DNA of 64,000 nucleotides, taken from contig CAVUWD010000016.1 of NCBI GenBank assembly GCA_963745025.1, forward strand, positions 1,024,001-1,088,000, in the 5' to 3' direction. Below are positions 59,781 to 64,000 of the stretch, piece after piece (position 1 is the first letter of the stretch; every line of letters starts with the position of its first letter). The DNA comes from an uncultured delta proteobacterium. Its GTDB lineage: Bacteria; Desulfobacterota; Binatia; JACPRU01. Position numbers and translations under genes: made by a program. Below the pieces are notes generated by a model. That model was not told the DNA's origin and searched no databases. It worked only from the letters and a program-made list of their open reading frames with translations.

Positions 59781-60788
59781 CTATCCCACCGGATAGAGCC
59801 CGCGCGACTGCGCCAGCAGCCGCACCAGACCGTACAGCGCGTCGATGTTGGGCGTCGGCTGCCCCAGGTGCCGGCTGATCTCGCGCACCGCGCCGATGAG
59901 CGCGTCGATCTCCAGCGGCCGCCCGGCCTCCAGGTCCTGCAGCATCGAGGTCTTGAACGCGCCGAGCTTCCTCGTCACCTCGTGGCGCTCGTCGGGCGTC
60001 TGCCCGATCGCGCAGCCGAACTGCACGCCGACCGTCTGCGCCTCGCGCATCACCGCGCTGCAGAAGCCGCGCACCAGTTCATCGTCGAGGATGCGGTCGC
60101 AGGTGGCGCCTGTGAGCGCCGATACCGGGTTCATGGTCATGTTGCCCCACAGCTTGAACCAGATGTCGCGCTGGATGTGCTCCGACACCGTGACCGCGAA
60201 GCCGGCCCGGGAGAGCAGGGATTCGAGCGTTGCGATCCGCCCGCTGCGGCCGCCCGCCGGCTCGCCGATGATCAGCCCGTTGCCCATCACATGCCGTACC
60301 ATGCCCGGCTGCGGGGCGGTGCTGCCCACATGCACCACGCAGCCGATCGCGTGCGCGGTGGGAATCACCGCGCGCAGGACGCCGCCCCGATCGACCGACG
60401 AAAGTCGCAGCCCCGCGCACGGCCCGGTGGAGACGCCGTCGAAGAACCACCAGGGCACGCCGTTCATCGCCACCAGCACCATCGTCTTCGGCCCGAGCAG
60501 CGGCGTCACCTGCGGGGCCACGCCGACGAGCGCCGGGCCCTTCACGGCGATGACGACGAGATCCTGTTCGCCAAGGACGCTTGCGCTGTCTTCCGCGCGC
60601 AAAGGCACTCCGCGCACGTCGCCGGGTGCGGCGGCGCTTTCGATACGCAGCCCGTCGCGCCGCAGCGCCGCGAGCGTCGCCCCGCGGGCGAGGGCGCTCA
60701 GCTCGACCTCACCCTTCGGGATGCGGCTGCCGATCCAGCCGGCGAACAGTCCGCCGATCGCGCCAGCGCCGACGATGCACACTTTCAT
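59781..60788 (-). CDS. panE: 2-dehydropantoate 2-reductase (ApbA/PanE family)
   Basis: GAGAIGG, IAVK, MNGVPWW, WFKLWGN, TSMLQD..GRPLE. Confidence 0.85.
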   Translation of the reverse strand: MKVCIVGAGAIGGLFAGWIGSRIPKGEVELSALARGATLAALRRDGLRIESAAAPGDVRGVPLRAEDSASVLGEQDLVVIAVKGPALVGVAPQVTPLLGPKTMVLVAMNGVPWWFFDGVSTGPCAGLRLSSVDRGGVLRAVIPTAHAIGCVVHVGSTAPQPGMVRHVMGNGLIIGEPAGGRSGRIATLESLLSRAGFAVTVSEHIQRDIWFKLWGNMTMNPVSALTGATCDRILDDELVRGFCSAVMREAQTVGVQFGCAIGQTPDERHEVTRKLGAFKTSMLQDLEAGRPLEIDALIGAVREISRHLGQPTPNIDALYGLVRLLAQSRGLYPVG

Positions 60789-60925
60789 CTCCAGGTTCGC
60801 TTCCCACCGGCGCTCGCCAGAATGCGCTTACCCTCATCCAGGTGCACGCTGCACTCGGGCGGCAGCTGAGCGTAGGAGATCCCGGCGAAGAGTACGAGGG
60901 CAAGGAGTGCGAATTGAATCCGTTT

Positions 60926-61033
60926 GATGCGGCCGACCTGGTCATCGAGCGCCGTGATCATGCCGGCATAGATTTGCCGCATCGGATCCTTGATCGCGTC
61001 CTTGTAGGCATCGACGTACTTCGGAGGGGCTTG
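60926..61033 (-). pseudogene. Internal fragment of an arylsulfatase gene
   Basis: QAPPKYVDAY...RQIYAGMITALDDQVGRI. Confidence 0.65.
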
Positions 61034-61041
61034 GTCGTCGT

Positions 61042-61746
61042 TTACGGGCTCGGCTCCGAATGAGAGAACTTGGAGAGCGAATCGGTCTCGACGGTACCAG
61101 AGCCGGCCCGATGCACGGCGATCTTCGCCTGCGCGTCCTGCAGCAGCGACTTCAGTTTGGGATCCGTTTCGGTCTCGCTGAACTTTTGTAAGTCGTCGTG
61201 CACCGTTTCATCTCCGATCTCGCCGATCACACGGATCGCCGTAGCTCGAACCTTGGGATCGGCTTCGCCCTGCGCGAAAGCGAGGACGCGCCGTGCGGAC
61301 GCCGGATCCCTGATCCTGCCGAGCGCCACGAGAATGTGTTGGCGCAGCACTGCGTTCGTGCTCGCCAGGAAGAGCTTCTCGGACAAGATGTCGCAGGCCT
61401 CTTTCACGGCGAGCTTGCCAAGGGAGTCGACCGCGGAGGTCGCAACCGCTGCATCCGGATTGTCGATCGCTCGGATAAGGTATTGATTGGCAGTCGGATT
61501 TCCAGATTCCGCCAGTAACTTGACCGCCTCGAGCCTCCGACCGGGGTCTGGGTCTTCCAAGTGGCGCGCCCACTCCTCGATCGTCTCTCCCATCGTGCCT
61601 TTCTGGTAGCGCACGGACACATCCGCCGGGTCCTTGGTCGAGCCCGAAAATTGGTTCGGAAGGTGACTAGAGGTCGAAAGCTGCGCGCGTCCCGGGGACT
61701 CTGCGAGTAGCCAGAGTGCGAGCGTAACCAGAACGACGGTCTTCAT
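61042..61746 (-). CDS. Exported HEAT-repeat protein
   Basis: Signal peptide; repeated R..A...LG helices; RBS aggagg. Confidence 0.8.
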   Translation of the reverse strand: MKTVVLVTLALWLLAESPGRAQLSTSSHLPNQFSGSTKDPADVSVRYQKGTMGETIEEWARHLEDPDPGRRLEAVKLLAESGNPTANQYLIRAIDNPDAAVATSAVDSLGKLAVKEACDILSEKLFLASTNAVLRQHILVALGRIRDPASARRVLAFAQGEADPKVRATAIRVIGEIGDETVHDDLQKFSETETDPKLKSLLQDAQAKIAVHRAGSGTVETDSLSKFSHSEPSP

Positions 61747-61759
61747 TTTTCACCTCCTA

Positions 61760-62045
61760 GCGGCGGGGGCGCGTGGCCGACACCGACCTCGGCAGCCTTG
61801 CGGCACCACTCGATCGCCTGCGCATCGTCTTGAGTGACGCCCTTACGCGTGAGGTACATGAGCCCCAGAGCATGCGCCGCGTTTCCGTCCCCCTATTGTG
61901 CTGCAGAGAAAAACTCTCGGGAAGCGGCGGCATCGTCGCCGCGCTGATAGTCCTCGACACCCTGCTCACAGCCCGCATGCCCCGTTTCCGGCCAGAAGGC
62001 AATCATGAGGAGTGCGCCCGCAGCCAACCACGTTGTTTTCGCCAT
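61760..62045 (-). pseudogene. Sel1-repeat protein pseudogene
   Basis: MAKTTW...FSAAQ*GDGNAAHALGLMY...GVTQDDAQAIEWCRKAAEVG with an in-frame TAG at 61893-61895. Confidence 0.75.
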
Positions 62046-62227
62046 GAGATCTTCCGTAACGTTCAACCCGCTCCGGCGGCTTCGGTCTCCTTCACACGCA
62101 GGCCGCGATGACAGAGATACATGACCACCGGTGATCGCCAGCCCCCCCACACAATTGGCAATGCGGTTGGCGTTCACGAAAAGGGAGAGTATGGAGTGGC
62201 AGCCGCCGCGCAAACGGAGAAGACAAG

Positions 62228-63133
62228 ATGGAGTTCGGACTGCATCTACCGCACATCGGACCGATGGCGACGCGGGAAGGAGTTCTCGACATGGCGCGCG
62301 CGGCCGATGCAGCGGGCATCGACTCGCTCTGGACTTCCGATCACATCATCGTGCCGCGCGACTATGCCTCGACATATCCGTACTCGCCCTCGGGCAGAAT
62401 GCCGGTTTCGGATGATACGCCGTTTCTCGAAGCCGTGTCGACATTGCTCGCCGTGTGCGGCGTGACGCGACGCGCTCGGCTCGGCACCTCTGTCATCGTC
62501 CTCCCGCAGCGCCAGCCGATCCTCGTCGCGAAGCAATGGGCTACGCTCGACGTGCTGTCCGGCGGGCGAACGATTTTCGGCGCGGGCGCAGGATGGCTGG
62601 AAGAGGAGTTCGCGGCCCTCGGTGTCTCGTTCAAGGATCGCGGTGGCCGCTGCGACGAGGCACTCGAAATCCTCCAGCGCTGCTGGAAGGAATCCACGGT
62701 GACGTTCCAAGGCAAGCATTTTCAGATCGACCGGATCGCGTGCGAGCCAAAACCGATACAGCAACCCCGGCCGCCGATCTGGATCGGTGGGCACACGCCG
62801 GGTGCCTTCCGCCGGGTTGCCCGCTACGGGGACGCCTGGCACGGAGGTGGTACCGTAGATGTCTGCCGCGCCGCGATCGACGCCGTTCGCGCGGAAGCGG
62901 AACGGATCGGACGCGACCCGCGCACCATCGGGCTGACGATCCGCGACCGTGGCGGAATCGACATCTCTACTCGCGAGGCGCGCCACAAAACGATCGAAAG
63001 GTTGCTCCCGTATGCACGCCTCGGGGCAACGCACTTCGTATTCTTGTCGTTCGATCCTCCCGAGAAAGTCGGGGAGACAGTGCAAGCGTTGCAAGAGGAA
63101 ATCAAGCCAGCGGTCGCCGCCGCACGCGCGTGA
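62228..63133 (+). CDS. LLM-class F420-dependent oxidoreductase (Rv2161c-like)
   Basis: WTSDH, YPYS..G, LGTSVIVLPQR.P, GWLEEEF, PKPIQQPRPPIWIGG. Confidence 0.9.
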   Translation: MEFGLHLPHIGPMATREGVLDMARAADAAGIDSLWTSDHIIVPRDYASTYPYSPSGRMPVSDDTPFLEAVSTLLAVCGVTRRARLGTSVIVLPQRQPILVAKQWATLDVLSGGRTIFGAGAGWLEEEFAALGVSFKDRGGRCDEALEILQRCWKESTVTFQGKHFQIDRIACEPKPIQQPRPPIWIGGHTPGAFRRVARYGDAWHGGGTVDVCRAAIDAVRAEAERIGRDPRTIGLTIRDRGGIDISTREARHKTIERLLPYARLGATHFVFLSFDPPEKVGETVQALQEEIKPAVAAARA

Positions 63134-63357
63134 AGTGATTCTCGCGCAAATCATTCCGTTGAATCTGCCGACGAAGAGCGCGCGGATCATCCTTGCAGCT
63201 TCGCGTTGCCAAGGCGCGAAACCGTATCCCGGTCCATCGACGAGGCGATGCTTCTCTGCGGTTGCTCGAAGCTCGGCGATATCGGTCGATGGCCGCTCGC
63301 ACCATAACGGTGCGTCGTTGAATCGTTGAATGGTTGAAGCGTGGTGGTGAACTTGGA

Positions 63358-64000
63358 ATGTCCGAAGCTCGGTCACGCGCAGGAGTTGTAACCGCAATCG
63401 CGGCGCCGTGGCCTTCGCCGTGGGTGCGCGGTCCAGCCTGGGACGGATTCTGGATGCTCAGCGCGCTCTGGCTCGCGCCGATCATCCTGTGGCTCTCCCA
63501 CGGATATGCCGACCCGCAGGACAGCCCTCTCGATCTGCTCTACTTCGGCCTGACCGCGCTGTTCTGGATCGGTCATCGGTTGTGCAGCACGTACCTCGCC
63601 TACTGCACGGAGGCGTATCGGCCTCTCTTGCGAACTCAGCCGGTGCGGTTCGTCGTGCTCCCGCTGCTGGTGACGGCCGGGTGCTTCGCTGTCTTCCTGC
63701 CGTCGGACACGGCGTTGCCGTGGAGCCGCGAGGAGCGCCTGGTGGCGCTCGCAATCCTCGACTATGTCTTTGTGACGTACCACTTCGCGGCCCAGCATTT
63801 CGGCGCGCTCTCTCTCTACCGCACGCGGGTCGGACGCAGCGCCTGCACTGCGCACGAGAACGCATGGATCGGCTCTTCGCGCTGGGCGTCGGCGGCGTGC
63901 TCGTCTTCCTGGCAGACATCCTCGCTGGAGCGGTCGCCTACCAGGACCAGTGGGTCGATCGCTGGCTCTTTCCCGCCTGGCTCGTGTCGGCACAAGATGG
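63358..64000 (+). CDS. Multi-TM hypothetical membrane protein, runs off window, frameshift near 63855
   Basis: WVRGPAWDGFW...GHRLCST...YHFAAQHFG...; not in the ORF track because there is no stop in the window. Confidence 0.7.
   Translation, partial: MSEARSRAGVVTAIAAPWPSPWVRGPAWDGFWMLSALWLAPIILWLSHGYADPQDSPLDLLYFGLTALFWIGHRLCSTYLAYCTEAYRPLLRTQPVRFVVLPLLVTAGCFAVFLPSDTALPWSREERLVALAILDYVFVTYHFAAQHFGALSLYRTRVGRSACTAHENAWIGSSRWASAACSSSWQTSSLERSPTRTSGSIAGSFPPGSCRHKM

Larger units (their letters stand above)
36812..64000. mobile_element. Putative tRNA-Leu-anchored genomic island / accretion zone (right border not seen)
   Basis: int-RHH-xis directly after the tRNA, followed by unrelated cargo and many gene stubs. 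No heptamer elements were seen here, and no attR copy was found by eye. Confidence 0.5.

Noticed and set aside
36826-64000. Prophage or defence island
   Set aside because: No structural, replication, restriction, toxin-antitoxin or recognisable defence genes were found after the int/xis module.

Overview
GC-rich bacterial chromosome segment. The gene content (F420-related enzymes, WS/DGAT, YCF48/MMPL, Pro-Thr-repeat secreted protein) suggests a Deltaproteobacteria-like lineage such as Candidatus Binatia, which is inference only. Positions 1-36.5 kb look like backbone: lipid/acyl-CoA catabolism, cofD, a type IIA topoisomerase A-B pair, an LvaAB-like kinase cluster, a GMC oxidase, VKOR-DsbA, a GH-GT2/ABC/glycosyltransferase operon, an Rv2004c-like kinase, PfkB-YHS and an MMPL transporter. 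A tRNA-Leu(TAA) at 36725-36811 is followed by a decayed tyrosine integrase, an RHH gene, an excisionase-like gene and about 26 kb of mosaic cargo with many short gene stubs; no right-hand att copy was found. The main features not explained by genes are: (i) six intergenic palindromic elements with 7-bp tandem-repeat arms around a related core, plus a possible in-gene relative in the topoisomerase A gene; (ii) a shell-less version of the aminoacetone/aminopropanol microcompartment enzyme trio; (iii) about 10 recognisable gene stubs. At least eight frameshifts occur in otherwise intact genes, and most may be sequencing or assembly indels. All product calls come from motifs recognised by eye; no searches were run.
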